Source of the DNA: Kofleriaceae bacterium
Lineage (GTDB): Bacteria; Myxococcota_A; Polyangia; Haliangiales; Haliangiaceae
Direction: 5' to 3'
DNA length: 49,810 nt
NCBI GenBank assembly: GCA_046597055.1
Contig: JBKJLC010000292.1
Location: forward strand, 1-49,810
Positions within the stretch are counted from its first letter, which is position 1. The number at the start of each line of letters is the position of its first letter. Of this stretch, positions 1-16,394 are shown piece after piece. The notes beneath the pieces were generated by a model. It had not been told where the DNA came from, ran no database searches, and saw only the letters and a list, made by a program, of their open reading frames with translations. Position numbers and translations under genes: made by a program.

Positions 1-810
<810 letters not shown>

Positions 811-975
811 GGGCGCGGTTCTACCATCTCCGCCGGCCCACCGGCGCGGTCGCTGCGTCGGTCAGCCGCACGGCTCGATGCGCCTTGCCCTGGTGGACCC
901 TGACGAAACCAGACCCCGCCCACGACCTGTGCCCCCCGTGCACCCAGCATCATTGCTGATCGCTCGCTTCGCTCG

Positions 976-1631
976 CTAGCCCCACTGCTCGATGCGCCAG
1001 CCCTGCCGGCGCGCGTGCCGCCACAGGCGCACGTCGGGGTTCACCGCGACCGCGGTGCCAACCCGAGCCAGCATCGGCAGATCGTTGTAGCTGTCGGAGT
1101 AGAACGTCGAGCGCGCCAGGTCGATGCCGTGCGCGGCGGCGAACTGCTCGGCGACGGTGACCTTGTGCGGGCCGAAGCACATCGCGGCCAGCCGGCCGGT
1201 GAAGCGGCCATCGACCACCTCGAGCCGCGAGCACAGCGTGTGCTCGATGCCGAGCCCGGCGGCCACCGCCTCCGCCGCGTACTGGGTCGCGCCGGTCGCC
1301 AGCACCACCAGATCGCCGGCGCGCCGGTGGACGTCGATCGCGTGGCGGGAGGCCGCGCTCACCATCGGCGCGACGTCGGCCGCGTACCAGACGACGCACT
1401 TGGCGACCATGGTCGCCTCGTCCTCGCCGGCGAGCCCGGCGGTCAGCCGGATCGCGAGCGAGTCGAGATCGAGCACCGCCGCCTTGTAGAGCAGGCTCCA
1501 CCAGACCGCCCGGGCCAGCCCGGTGCGCGACAGCTCGCCGCGGCGGCGCAGGAAGCGCATCCAGCTGGTGCCGGTGTCCGAGCGGAGCACCGTGTGGTCC
1601 ATGTCGAAGAAGGCGGCGGGGCGGAGCGTGG

Positions 1632-1635
<4 letters not shown>
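976..1635 (-). CDS. HAD-IB family hydrolase (SerB-like phosphatase)
   Basis: FFDMDHT motif I, ATGA motif II, conserved [12 protein letters not shown] and AVNPD motifs; 4-bp overlap with the upstream gene. Confidence 0.9.
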
Positions 1636-2369
<734 letters not shown>

Positions 2370-2382
2370 GCTGCCGCGGTAC

Positions 2383-4107
2383 CTACCACACGAACGCGAT
2401 CGACGACTGGAGCGTGAACGACCCGTCGGCCTCGGACAGCCGGTTCTTCAGCGCGGGTCCGAAGCGCAGGTAGCCGGTCTCGAGCGTGAAGCGCATCTGG
2501 CCGGCGAAGCGGGCGCGGACTGCAAGATCCACCTCGGTGCCGAGGTAGGTCGCGTCCTTGCTGCCGTTGCAGGCGCCGCCCGCGGCGCAGCTCGCGAACA
2601 GGGCGATGCCGTTGGCCGGCGAGTCGACCCAGGCCGCGAGCACGCCGCCGATGATCTCGAGCCCGGCGACCTTGGTCGGCTTCCAGCGCACCTTGGGGAA
2701 CACGTAGTTGGCGTTCATCACGCCGCCGTTCGAGAACAGGCCGAGCGCGCCCTGCGGGTTCTCGCGCGAGATGAGCGGATAACCGTAGGTGCGCGCCGAC
2801 AGCTCGCGAAGCGTCTCCTCGAACAGGATCAGGCCGACGTTGAAGTCGGGGTGCATCGCGCGCTGCTTGAAGTCGTCGTCCTCGAGCATCTCGTCGCCCG
2901 AGGCGTGGCCGACCTCGAGCATCGTCTCGACCTTGGGCATCAGGTACGCGAACCGCGCGACGCCGGCGGTGATGTTCGCCGTCTTCTTCGCGTTGCGGGT
3001 CGGGAACGGCACGCCGCCGAACGTGCGGCCGCCGATGCGGTAGGCCTCGCCCTCGGTGAACAGGCTGCCATAACGGATCCGCCACCACACGTCGAGGATG
3101 GTGACCTTGGAGCCGGTGTCGACCGACGGGTCGGGCAGCGCCGACGGCTCGGTCGAGCCCTCCTTGGCGGTGCGCAGGACGCCGTAGACGCCGAAGCGCA
3201 GCTCGTCGAGGAACGACTTCTTGTCCCAGTCGGGGTCGTTCCACACCGCCAGCGCGACGTGCTCGTTGACGTCGTCGTTGCGACCGCGCGAGATGAAGCC
3301 CTGCTGGCCGAACGGCCGGAACTGGCGCTCGAACGGCTCGTACGGCAGGAGCGGCGACTCGCTCAGCTTGTCGAACGCGTAGCCGATCACCAGCGGGTGC
3401 TCGACCTTGCCGAGCTTCTTGATCGTCCGGTAGATCGTGATCGGCCGGGTCGCGAACAGGATGCGGTCGGCGGTCGAGCCGAAGTGGTTGTCGCCGAAGT
3501 CGTCGTCGAAGAAGTTGTCGGCGACCATGCGCGCGGGCTCGCCCTTGGGCGAGTCGGCGTCCATCCAGCCGGTGCCGCCGCCGTTGGCGAGCAGGCCCAT
3601 GCCCCAGTGCGAGGGCATGCGGCCGACCCGCATCACGCCGACCGGTACCGTGAACTGCATCCAGGCCCGGCGCACCTGCACCGAGTCGGTGACCGGCCCG
3701 CCCAGGAAGTTCTGGTTCGAGCCGTCGGTGGCGAACAGCGGCGCCGTCGACAGGGCATTGTTGTCGCCCCACAGCACGTCGTCCATCGCGTCGATCTGCA
3801 TGTTGAGCCGCGCGACCTTGCCGTAGACGAGCGACGGCATCAGCCGCAGGCGGCTGACGATGTAGCTGGTCCGGCGGATGTCCGGGATCACCAGCGTCTC
3901 GCCCGGCGTCGGCGCGTACGGGACCGACGTGCGCGGCATCGGCGCCAGGTTGGTGAGCAGCACCGTGCGGGTGCGGAAGTAGCCCTCGGTCGCCCAGTTG
4001 AGCTCGACCAGGTCGGCTCGCGCCATCCCGATCGATACCAGCTGGGTGGCGGCGAGCGCCGTGAAGGCAGCGATGGTCAGAACCCGACGACGCGAACGTG
4101 TGCTCAT
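2383..4107 (-). CDS. Secreted outer-membrane beta-barrel protein (resembles myxobacterial TIGR04551-type porins)
   Basis: Signal peptide (..GMARA), GYFRTR first strand, amphipathic strands, [14 protein letters not shown] motif, C-terminal aromatic residue (AFVW); RBS-like GAGGGG upstream. Confidence 0.7.
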   Translation of the reverse strand: MSTRSRRRVLTIAAFTALAATQLVSIGMARADLVELNWATEGYFRTRTVLLTNLAPMPRTSVPYAPTPGETLVIPDIRRTSYIVSRLRLMPSLVYGKVARLNMQIDAMDDVLWGDNNALSTAPLFATDGSNQNFLGGPVTDSVQVRRAWMQFTVPVGVMRVGRMPSHWGMGLLANGGGTGWMDADSPKGEPARMVADNFFDDDFGDNHFGSTADRILFATRPITIYRTIKKLGKVEHPLVIGYAFDKLSESPLLPYEPFERQFRPFGQQGFISRGRNDDVNEHVALAVWNDPDWDKKSFLDELRFGVYGVLRTAKEGSTEPSALPDPSVDTGSKVTILDVWWRIRYGSLFTEGEAYRIGGRTFGGVPFPTRNAKKTANITAGVARFAYLMPKVETMLEVGHASGDEMLEDDDFKQRAMHPDFNVGLILFEETLRELSARTYGYPLISRENPQGALGLFSNGGVMNANYVFPKVRWKPTKVAGLEIIGGVLAAWVDSPANGIALFASCAAGGACNGSKDATYLGTEVDLAVRARFAGQMRFTLETGYLRFGPALKNRLSEADGSFTLQSSIAFVW

Positions 4108-4137
4108 GAATCCCCTCTGGAAGGCGCGCGGACGATA

Positions 4138-4169
4138 ACAAAAGAAAACGGGCCGCGTGGGCGGCCCGT
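4138..4169 (-). terminator. Rho-independent terminator after the lipoprotein gene
   Basis: Minus strand ACGGGCCGC-CCAC-GCGGCCCGT, a perfect 9-bp stem followed by TTTCTTTTGT. Confidence 0.8.
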
Positions 4170-4241
4170 CATCGTTTCGCTTCGGTCAGCGCGTGATCGA
4201 ACGTCGGAGATCGCGTGTCGTGCGCGCGATCTCCGCGCTCG

Positions 4242-5177
4242 CTACTGCCGCTTCACTTCGACCGACGCGGTGATCACCGCGTTGGCCTCGACCGGCGCGG
4301 CGAGCTCCGACAGCAGCGTCAGCTGGCCGGAGGCCACCTCGGCGGCGGTCCGGAAGCCCCAGACCTGGATGAACGCGGGCGCGGTCTGCGGCGGCAGGTC
4401 GAGGACCACGAACAGGCCGTCCTGGTTGATCATCGGCCGGACGTTGGTGCGGACCGGGAGGCTCTGCGCCGCCGCCGAGAAATAAAAGGTCCGGGCGCCG
4501 GTGAGATGGGTCGAGGCGCCGGCGACCGAGCTGACCGTCGCCACCGCGTTGGAGACCTCGCGGCCCTGGCAGTCGCGCATGGCGCCGGCGAGCACGCCCT
4601 TGAGCGGGTCGCGCGCGGCGCCGACGAACGACGGCAGCAGGGTCGCCGTCGACTCCGAGATCGCGGCCATGTCGCGCATCGCGGTGGGCGACGCCGGGCT
4701 GAAGTACTGGTTGAGCAGGTACGTCTTCACGTAGTCCGCGTTCTCGAACTTGAAGCCGTAGCGGGTGGTCCCGGCCGGCAGCGGGGCGAGCGTCATCGAG
4801 TAGCTGCCGCGGTTGGCCGTGGTGTCGGTCATCGCGGTGCCGGAGTTGCCGGCCAGGTTGATCCCGGGAAACGCGGTGACGGTGGTCGCGCCCTCGATGC
4901 CCATCCGGGACTGGAAGTCGTTGATCCGTCCGGTCAGCGTGACCGCGGTGGTGCTCGGCTGATCGGTCGACGGCATGCCGAGGCAGCTCCAGTCAGCGTC
5001 GCCGAGCTCGTTCCACACGTCGCCGACCTTCATGTTGGCCTTGGTGGCCATCGTCGGCACCGAGAAGCCTGGGTTGCTCGCCGCCGCGGCGTCGAGCGGG
5101 GTCTCGCCGTCATCACCGCCACACGCGGCGGCAAGCAGGGTCACGGAAGCAAGGCCAGAACAAGAAATGAGCCGCAT
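4242..5177 (-). CDS. Lipoprotein with carboxypeptidase-regulatory-like beta-sandwich domains
   Basis: MRLISCSGLASVTLLAAAC-GGDD lipobox; beta-rich VTLTGRIND..GIEGATTVT pattern; start moved to ATG 5177. Confidence 0.7.
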   Translation of the reverse strand: MRLISCSGLASVTLLAAACGGDDGETPLDAAAASNPGFSVPTMATKANMKVGDVWNELGDADWSCLGMPSTDQPSTTAVTLTGRINDFQSRMGIEGATTVTAFPGINLAGNSGTAMTDTTANRGSYSMTLAPLPAGTTRYGFKFENADYVKTYLLNQYFSPASPTAMRDMAAISESTATLLPSFVGAARDPLKGVLAGAMRDCQGREVSNAVATVSSVAGASTHLTGARTFYFSAAAQSLPVRTNVRPMINQDGLFVVLDLPPQTAPAFIQVWGFRTAAEVASGQLTLLSELAAPVEANAVITASVEVKRQ

Positions 5178-5386
5178 GAGATCTCCCGGAATAAGGTCCG
5201 AAGGCACGCGGGAGCGCCCTTCGACGTCCCCGCTTGTATCGGAAATCAGTGGCAGGTTGCAAGCGCGCCCCCGCGCCGCGGCCGGGCGGCGCGGGCCCGG
5301 TCACACCCGGCGATCGCCGGGGGCATCGCTTGCTCGACTCCGAGCCGACGAGTATGACCAGAAGCACACCCTGCTGAGGACAGATC

Positions 5387-6454
5387 ATGCCTCGTGACAT
5401 CCGTCAAATTCGCGAAATGCTTGGAGACAACGCCCCGCTCCTCGACCACGTGTCGAAGACGTTCCCGAAGGAGACGCTGTCCCTGCCGGGCCCGCGCTAT
5501 GTCGACGACGTGTTCAGCGCGAGCGACCGCAATCCGCGGGTGCTTGGCTCCATGCAGCGAATGCTGGACAGCGGCCGCCTCGGCGGCACCGGCTACGTGT
5601 CGATCCTTCCGGTCGATCAGGGCATCGAGCACTCGGCCGGCGCCTCGTTCGCGCCGAACCCGATGATGTTCGACCCCGAGAACATCGTGAAGCTCGCGGT
5701 CGAGGGCGGCTGCAACGCGGTGGCGTCGACCTACGGCGTGCTCGGCATCGTGGCGCGTCGGTGGGCGCACCGGATCCCGTTCATCGTCAAGATCAACCAC
5801 AACGAGCTGCTGTCGCACCCGAACACGTACGACCAGACCCTGTTCGGCAACGTCCGCCAGTGCTTCGACATGGGCGCGGTCGGCATCGGCGCGACCGTGT
5901 ACTGGGGCTCGCCCGAGTCGCGCCGGCAGCTGTCGGAGCTGGCCGAGGCCTTCGCCGAGGCCCACGAGCTCGGCATGTTCACGGTGCTGTGGTGCTACGT
6001 CCGCGGCAACGCGTTCAAGACCGAGCGCGGCGATCACAATGTCTCGGCCGATCTCACCGGTCAGGCCAACCACCTCGGCGTCACGATCCAGGCCGACATC
6101 ATCAAGCAGAAGATGCCGGAGGGGAACGGTGGCTACAACGACCCCTCGCTCAAGGGCTTCGGCAAGACGCACAAGAAGGTCTACTCGGACCTCACGACCG
6201 ACAACCCGATCGACCTGTGCCGGTACCAGGTGGCGAACTGCTACATGGGCCGGGTCGGGCTGATCAACTCGGGCGGCGCCAGCGGCGAGAGCGATCTCCG
6301 CGACGCCGTGGTGACCGCGGTCATCAACAAGCGCGCCGGCGGCATGGGGCTCATCACAGGTCGCAAGGCGTTCCAGCGCCCATTCAAGGAGGGCGTCGAG
6401 CTCCTCCACGCGACCCAGGACGTCTACCTCAACAAGGAGGTCACGATCGCCTGA
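5387..6454 (+). CDS. fbaB: Class I fructose-bisphosphate aldolase
   Basis: [29 protein letters not shown] Schiff-base Lys, [26 protein letters not shown]. Confidence 0.96.
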   Translation: MPRDIRQIREMLGDNAPLLDHVSKTFPKETLSLPGPRYVDDVFSASDRNPRVLGSMQRMLDSGRLGGTGYVSILPVDQGIEHSAGASFAPNPMMFDPENIVKLAVEGGCNAVASTYGVLGIVARRWAHRIPFIVKINHNELLSHPNTYDQTLFGNVRQCFDMGAVGIGATVYWGSPESRRQLSELAEAFAEAHELGMFTVLWCYVRGNAFKTERGDHNVSADLTGQANHLGVTIQADIIKQKMPEGNGGYNDPSLKGFGKTHKKVYSDLTTDNPIDLCRYQVANCYMGRVGLINSGGASGESDLRDAVVTAVINKRAGGMGLITGRKAFQRPFKEGVELLHATQDVYLNKEVTIA

Positions 6455-6572
6455 GATTCGAAAGAATCACAGCCCCTGAGCCTGGGTGCGGCGGTTTTCG
6501 GCGCTCACCCCAGCGGGATGAGCCCGAAAGCTACCGGTCCGTGGCCGAGGCCTGCTAACGTCGCGAGCTGCG

Positions 6573-8168
6573 GTGGCTCGACTGGGCGAGATCTTGGTGC
6601 AGCTGGGGCTGATCAGTGAAGACCAGCTCCACGAAGCCCTGTCCGCGCAGGTCGTCTACGGCGGCCGGCTGGGCACCAACCTGGTCGAGATCGGCCACCT
6701 GACCCTCGACGGGCTGGCCAAGGCGCTGGCCCGGCGCCACCGGATGCCGGCCGCCCTCGCCGGCCACTTCGACCGGTGCGACGCCGTGATCCAGCAGCGG
6801 GTGCCGTCCGACGTGGCCGGCAAGTGGCGGGTGGTGCCGATCGGCCGACTCGCGCACGACTCGCGCCGGGTCGCGGTCGCGGTGCGCGATCCACTGCCCG
6901 AGCATGGGCGCGGCGAGCTCGCCTTCCACCTCGACGTCGAGCCGAGCGAGGTGGTGCAGGCGGTCGCGCCCGAGCTGCGCATCCACTACCACCTCGAGCT
7001 CGCCTACCAGATCCCGCGTGCGAACCGGTTCTTGCGCGTCAAGAGCCGGGTCCAGACCGAGCTGCCGGTTCCCCCGGCCGCGGTCGACGACACCGACATC
7101 GGCGGCTGGCGATTCCAGAAGGGCGCCACCGGCGCCGGCGGGCTGGTCAGGCAGAGCCCGCCCGCGGAAGGACCGCCCGCCGACGCGCGGCCGCCGGAGC
7201 CGCCGTCGGCCCGGCCGATCCCGCCCCCGCCCGGCGCGGCGGTGGCGCCCGGCCCCGCGACCGGACCGCAAGCGTCGACGCCGTCGGGGTCGTCGTCGAC
7301 GGCGAAAGCGGCCGCGGCGGTGGCCCGGGCCGCGGCCGTCGCCGCCGAGGCGGGCGCCCGCAAGGCCGCCATCGAGGCCGCGCGGGTCGCGGCGGCCGGG
7401 CAGGCCATGGTGGATCAGGCTGCCGAGCAGGCCGCGGCCGCCATCGCCGACGAGCCGATCGAGGTCAGCGTGGGCAGCGACCCGGCGCTCCGCCTCGACT
7501 ATCAGAACCAGCCGCTGGTGCCGCCCGTCAACCGCTCGCTGGAGCGCGAACGCCGCAGCTTCGTGCCCTCGCTCGGCGAGGCCAGCGGCACCCAGACGCT
7601 GGCGCGGATCGCGGTTCGGCAGGTGGCGAGCAGCGACTCGGCGATCCGGGCGATCCGCGAGCTGCCGGCGCGCCCGAACGGCCTCGAGGAGCTGGCGCGC
7701 ACCGTCCGCCGCTCGGAGACCCGCGACACCGTCGGCGAGCTGATCGTCACCTCGCTCGGTGAGCTGCCGGGTGCGCCGCTGGATGCGGTCGCGATCCTGG
7801 TCGCCCGCCCGCCGCTCGCGATCGGCTGGAAGGGCTTCTGCGAGGAGGGCCCGATCGCGATCGAGTCGCTGGCGGTGCCGCTCGATCAACCCGGGCTGAT
7901 CGCCGACACCTACGCCGCCGGCCGCGCGCGCCTGGTCGAGGTCGAGCCGTCGAACGTGTCGGTCGTCGACGAGCGGATGTGGGCCATGCTCGGCACCCGC
8001 CGGCCCAACCGCGTGCTGGTGGCGCCGATCATGGTGGTCGACAAGGTGATCTGCGTGCTCTACGTGCAGACCCGGACCGCGCTGGGCCCGGCCGAGGCCA
8101 TGGTGATGACCCTCGCCGAGGCCGCGAGCACCGCGTTCGCCCGCCTGCTGCGCGCCGCGCAGCGCTGA
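6573..8168 (+). CDS. MshEN (T2SSE_N) c-di-GMP-binding domain protein with Pro/Ala linker and GAF-like C-terminus, no ATPase
   Basis: Tandem RLGEILVQLGLISEDQLHEALSAQ and RLGTNLVEIGHL motifs; no Walker A motif. Confidence 0.75.
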   Translation: MARLGEILVQLGLISEDQLHEALSAQVVYGGRLGTNLVEIGHLTLDGLAKALARRHRMPAALAGHFDRCDAVIQQRVPSDVAGKWRVVPIGRLAHDSRRVAVAVRDPLPEHGRGELAFHLDVEPSEVVQAVAPELRIHYHLELAYQIPRANRFLRVKSRVQTELPVPPAAVDDTDIGGWRFQKGATGAGGLVRQSPPAEGPPADARPPEPPSARPIPPPPGAAVAPGPATGPQASTPSGSSSTAKAAAAVARAAAVAAEAGARKAAIEAARVAAAGQAMVDQAAEQAAAAIADEPIEVSVGSDPALRLDYQNQPLVPPVNRSLERERRSFVPSLGEASGTQTLARIAVRQVASSDSAIRAIRELPARPNGLEELARTVRRSETRDTVGELIVTSLGELPGAPLDAVAILVARPPLAIGWKGFCEEGPIAIESLAVPLDQPGLIADTYAAGRARLVEVEPSNVSVVDERMWAMLGTRRPNRVLVAPIMVVDKVICVLYVQTRTALGPAEAMVMTLAEAASTAFARLLRAAQR

Positions 8169-8260
8169 GCCCGCCGCCGAGGGCGGGCCCGCCCCGGTTG
8201 AGCCAGGCTCGTGAGACGCGCGCTTGACGGCTTGCGGTGGGACGCGTCATGGTCCGCCCC

Positions 8261-8497
8261 GTGACTGCCGACACGGGTCCCCGCAAGAAGCACCGCCACG
8301 ATCTCGGTCACGAAGACCACGGACCGATCATGGCCGCGCGCACGACGCGCGGGATCCAGGCGCTGCTCGGCCTCTGGATCGGTCTCACCGGCCTGGCGTT
8401 CGTGTACGCGATGGTCGTCGGCGGTCGCGGCCCGGAGCGGGCCCAGCCCGTCGACCCGGCCGCCCTGCGCGGCGCGAGCGAGCCCAGCCGCCCGTGA
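8261..8497 (+). CDS. Small single-TM hypothetical protein
   Basis: ORF with one hydrophobic helix (IQALLGLWIGLTGLAFVYAMVV); TTGACG-N18-CATGGT sits 7 nt before GTG 8261. Confidence 0.55.
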   Translation: MTADTGPRKKHRHDLGHEDHGPIMAARTTRGIQALLGLWIGLTGLAFVYAMVVGGRGPERAQPVDPAALRGASEPSRP

Positions 8498-8605
8498 TCG
8501 GGTTCGCTGGCAGGGGACCCCGCCGCGGGTCACACTGCCCGGTCAGCAGGTCGCGCTAGTCGTCGCCCAGGGCGCGGCGTGGCCGTGCCCAGCGTACGAG
8601 GGACC

Positions 8606-10498
<1,893 letters not shown>

Positions 10499-10500
10499 TC

Positions 10501-12666
<2,166 letters not shown>

Positions 12667-12744
12667 TCGATTGCGCCGGCCCGGCGACGAAGCGGCGCCG
12701 GCGGCGGTGCGCGCGGCCGGCGGCTGAGGCACCCTGGGCCCGTC

Positions 12745-13746
12745 ATGCGACGGATCCTCACCGGCATCAAGCCCACCGGCACGCCCCACGTCGGCAACTA
12801 CCTCGGCGCCATCCGGCCCGCGCTCCGCGCGGCTCATGACCCGGCGCTGGAGGCCTGCTTCTTCATCGCCGACTACCACGCGTTGACGTCGGTCCACGAC
12901 CGGAAGGAGCTGGACCACCTGGTCCACGAGGTGGCGGCGACCTGGCTGGCCTGTGGGCTGGATCCGGCGCGCACGCTCTTCTACCGCCAGTCGGACGTCC
13001 CGGAGATCTTCGAGCTCTCCTGGATCCTGGCGTGTTTCACGCCGAAGGGCTGGATGAACAAGGCGCACGCGTACAAGGCGCGGGTGGCCGAGGCCGAGAC
13101 GGCCGGCGACGCCGAGGTCGACGCCGGCATCTCGATGGGCCTGTACACGTATCCGGTGCTGATGGCCGCCGACATCCTGGCGTTCGACAGTCACCTGGTG
13201 CCGGTGGGCAAGGACCAGGTGCAGCACGTCGAGATCGCGCGCGACATCGCGCAGCGGCTCAACCACACGTACAAGGCCGACCTGCTGGTGCTGCCGGCGG
13301 CGGTGGTGGACGACGACGTCGCGACCGTGCCCGGGCTCGACGGGCGCAAGATGAGCAAGAGCTACGACAACACCATCCCGATGTTCGCGCCGCCGAAGCA
13401 GCTGAAGAAGGCGATCGGGCGCATGGTCACTGACTCGTCGCCGCCGGAGGCGCCCAAGGACCCGGCGACGTCGACGATCTTCAGCCTGTACCAGCTGATC
13501 GCCACGCCGGAGGAGACCGACGCCCTGCGCGGGCGCTACCTGGCCGGCGTGGGGTGGGGCGACGCCAAGGCCGAGCTGTTCCGCATGCTCGACGCCCACG
13601 TCGCGGGCCCGCGGGCCCGCTACGACGAGTTGATGGCCGACCGGCCCACGGTCGACGCGCTCCTGGCCGATGGGGCCCGGCGCGCGCGCGCCATCGCCGG
13701 CCCGGTGCTGCAGCGGGTCCGGCGCGCCATCGGCCTCGAACGCTGA
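12745..13746 (+). CDS. trpS: Tryptophan--tRNA ligase
   Basis: TGIKPTGTPHVGNY (HIGH-like), YPVLMAADIL, VPVGKDQVQH, KMSKS. Confidence 0.97.
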   Translation: MRRILTGIKPTGTPHVGNYLGAIRPALRAAHDPALEACFFIADYHALTSVHDRKELDHLVHEVAATWLACGLDPARTLFYRQSDVPEIFELSWILACFTPKGWMNKAHAYKARVAEAETAGDAEVDAGISMGLYTYPVLMAADILAFDSHLVPVGKDQVQHVEIARDIAQRLNHTYKADLLVLPAAVVDDDVATVPGLDGRKMSKSYDNTIPMFAPPKQLKKAIGRMVTDSSPPEAPKDPATSTIFSLYQLIATPEETDALRGRYLAGVGWGDAKAELFRMLDAHVAGPRARYDELMADRPTVDALLADGARRARAIAGPVLQRVRRAIGLER

Positions 13747-13910
13747 GGGGCTGAGCCGGCCGCGCAGGTGCTCGAACGAGCCGTGCTTGGGGCACGTGGT
13801 GGCCAGGCGTTCCGACAGGAAGGCGTTCGCGCCGGCGCGCGCGGCCTGACGGGCCACCGCGGCGCCGTGACGTGGCGCCGCGGTCTCCACCGCGCGAGCC
13901 CCGGCCGCGG

Positions 13911-14459
13911 TCAGTAACGCGTGGGCGGCGGCGGCGGCGGATAGGTCGGGCTCGCGCCGCCATCCCCGGCCCCCCCGAAGCCGGCGGCCTCGGTCGAGGC
14001 ACCCGCGGCCGGCCCACGCCAGCCGTTCCAGTCGCCCTGGCGGTCGCGCGTGCTGGTCCACCAGCGGCCGGTGAAGCGGGCGCCGGTTGGCTCGAACACG
14101 ATCCAGCCCTCGCCGCCGAGCTGCGGCGCACCGGGCGCGGGCTGCGCCGGCTCGCGCCAGGTCAGCCGGAGCACGTTGCCGTCGAGCGTGCCGGCGAAGT
14201 ACCCGACCACCTGCTCGGCACCGCGCGGGTAGGTCCACACGCCATGCAGCCGGCCCGACGACTCGTCCTCGATCTTCACCGCCCCGAAGGTCGTCTTCCA
14301 AAGGCCGTGCGCCAGCCGCGGGTCCATCCCCTGCGCGGCCGGCGGCTGCGCGTTCCACGCACCGACGGCCGGCGGCGGCGCCTGGCTGCGCGAGCCCGAA
14401 CAGGCGGTGAGGGCAGCCAGGGCGGCGGCGACGACGAACAGGCGGGCGAATCGGGCCAT
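13911..14459 (-). CDS. Hypothetical lipoprotein (small beta-barrel, Pro-rich tail)
   Basis: MARFARLFVVAAALAALTAC lipobox; GLWKTTFG..FTGRWW..GDWNG pattern; TAACGT -10 box 7 nt upstream of ATG. Confidence 0.7.
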   Translation of the reverse strand: MARFARLFVVAAALAALTACSGSRSQAPPPAVGAWNAQPPAAQGMDPRLAHGLWKTTFGAVKIEDESSGRLHGVWTYPRGAEQVVGYFAGTLDGNVLRLTWREPAQPAPGAPQLGGEGWIVFEPTGARFTGRWWTSTRDRQGDWNGWRGPAAGASTEAAGFGGAGDGGASPTYPPPPPPTRY

Positions 14460-14539
14460 CGGGACGACGTTACCACCGGGCTGGTTGCAGTCGCCGGGCT
14501 GTGGGGCTAACGTCCCCGCCGCTGTAACTTTTGCCACAT

Positions 14540-14614
<75 letters not shown>

Positions 14615-14653
14615 TCGCCGCTCTCCCCGCGGAATGACAACCGAGGACGTACC

Positions 14654-15400
14654 TTGAAAGATCAGCTTACGTACCTGCTGCAGCTGCAGATCATCGACAC
14701 TCGCGTCAAGGAGCTCGAGGCCGCGCGCGCCGCGCTGCCGACCCGGCTCGAACCCCTGCGCAAGGACCTGGCCAAGCTCGAGGGCATGCTCGGTGGCGAG
14801 CGCGCGAAGCTCACCGAGACCGAGACCTGGCAGAAGCAACAGCGCGAGCTGCTCGACCGCGAGCAAGAAGCGCTGCGCTCGGCCAAGGGCAAGCTCCAGG
14901 GCTCGAAGACCGGCAAGGAGTACAACGCCGCCAGCCGCGAGGTCGACCACAAGCGCAAGTCGATCACCGATCGCGAGGCCGAGCTGAAGAAGGTCGTCGA
15001 GGGCATCTCGTCGGGCAGCTCGGTGATCGCCGAGCGCGACGGCGCGGTCGGGCAGCTCCGGGCCCAGATGGCGTCCGAGGAGGCCGAGGTCGCCAACAAG
15101 ATCGAAGACCTCGGGCGCAAGATCGACGAGGCCTCGGCCGGTCGGGCCGAGCTCCGCGAGAAGATCGATCGCAGCTGGCTCAAGACCTACGACACGCTGT
15201 ACACGCGCCGCGGGTTCGCGGTGTCGGCGGTGGTCGCGGGCACCTGCCAGGGCTGCCAGATGCGGATCCCGCCGCAGCTCAACAACATCCTCGCGCGCAT
15301 GGAGACGCTCGAGATGTGCCCGCGCTGTGGGCGCATCATCTACCGCAAGGAGATGATGGAGCCGCCGGCGGAGGCCCCGGCCGCGCCCACCGAGGGCTGA
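14654..15400 (+). CDS. C4-type zinc ribbon domain coiled-coil protein (DUF164 family)
   Basis: LLQLQIID start, long coiled coil, CQGC..CPRCGRIIY; TTG start with GAGGA RBS. Confidence 0.92.
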   Translation: MKDQLTYLLQLQIIDTRVKELEAARAALPTRLEPLRKDLAKLEGMLGGERAKLTETETWQKQQRELLDREQEALRSAKGKLQGSKTGKEYNAASREVDHKRKSITDREAELKKVVEGISSGSSVIAERDGAVGQLRAQMASEEAEVANKIEDLGRKIDEASAGRAELREKIDRSWLKTYDTLYTRRGFAVSAVVAGTCQGCQMRIPPQLNNILARMETLEMCPRCGRIIYRKEMMEPPAEAPAAPTEG

Positions 15401-15486
15401 GCCGAGCGCAGCCTCTGACACGCGCTCGGGCCCGGACGACGCCTACGCCGACCGGACCCGACGAAGATGGAGCAGCGCCGCGCGGC

Positions 15487-16269
15487 TCAGCGCACGGCCG
15501 GCAGCAGGCCGTAGGTGCCGCGGCGCAGGTTGCGCTTGATCGTGATCGCCTCGCGGATGACCTTCCACAGGTCCTTGAGCGGGTTGACCCGCGACCGCTG
15601 GTCGTCGGTCCACTCGACGCCGACCTCGACCACCTCGTGACCGAGCCGCTTGGCGAGCGCGAGCACCTCGAGGTCGAAGGCCCAGCCATCGATGGTGGCG
15701 CGCGCGAACAGGTCGTGCGCGGCCTCGGCCGTGAACGCCTTGAAGCCGCACTGGGTGTCGCGGACGCCGGGGACGAGCGTCTTCTGGATGACGCGATTGC
15801 ACAGGCGACTCCAGATCCGGCGCCACGCCGGCTGGCTGACCGGCGCCGCGCCGGCCGCGTAGCGCGAGCCGATCGCGACGGCGCAGGTGCCCCGCGCGAT
15901 CGGCGCGAGCAGCCGGGGCAGCTCGCTGGCCGGCATCGAGCCGTCAGCGTCGCACATGACGCGGATCTCGCCGCGCGCGTCGAGCATTCCGACCCGGACC
16001 GCATGGCCCTTGCCGCGGTTGGGTGAGGTGGCGATCACGCGGAGGTTGGGCAGCCGCGCCGCGAGCCGGCGGCACAGGGCGACGGTGTCATCCGACGAGC
16101 CGTCATCGACCACCACGATCTCCCAGCGGGTCGGCTGCGCGCCGAGGAAGGCCGCGAGGCGCTCGAGGGTCGGCGTGATCCGCAGCGCTTCGTTGTAGGC
16201 GGGCACGATGATCGAGATGTCGACGGCGGTGACGAGCGAGAGGTGGCGGGTGCGGGCGTGGGTGGACAT
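15487..16269 (-). CDS. GT2 glycosyltransferase (polyprenol-phosphate glucosyltransferase-like)
   Basis: SIIVPAYNE, VVVDDGSSD, NRGKGHAV, DADGS, DTQCGFKAF, FDLEVL. Confidence 0.92.
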   Translation of the reverse strand: MSTHARTRHLSLVTAVDISIIVPAYNEALRITPTLERLAAFLGAQPTRWEIVVVDDGSSDDTVALCRRLAARLPNLRVIATSPNRGKGHAVRVGMLDARGEIRVMCDADGSMPASELPRLLAPIARGTCAVAIGSRYAAGAAPVSQPAWRRIWSRLCNRVIQKTLVPGVRDTQCGFKAFTAEAAHDLFARATIDGWAFDLEVLALAKRLGHEVVEVGVEWTDDQRSRVNPLKDLWKVIREAITIKRNLRRGTYGLLPAVR

Positions 16270-16394
16270 GAGGAACTCCTGGCGCGACGAGGCGCCGAGT
16301 CATGCAGTGACGATCCGTGCGAGCCGGAAGGGTCGGTGCGCGGCGACGGTCCCTGCGAGGCGCGGGACCGTGCGAGACGAAGGTGGACGGTCGG

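Noticed and set aside
890..915. CTGACGAAAC resembling a hammerhead ribozyme core, or a riboswitch upstream of nadC
   Set aside because: No stem II between CUGANGA and GAAA and no compatible stems I/III; nadC appears to have a promoter immediately before its ATG.
860..978. GCTCGCTTCGCTCGC and neighbouring GC-rich palindromes suggesting a REP-like element
   Set aside because: Only one copy in the window, so it cannot be supported as a repeat family.
13747..13910. CPKHGSF peptide in a minus-strand frame downstream of trpS
   Set aside because: No plausible start or stop; lies within a shadow ORF in a hairpin-rich gap between convergent genes.
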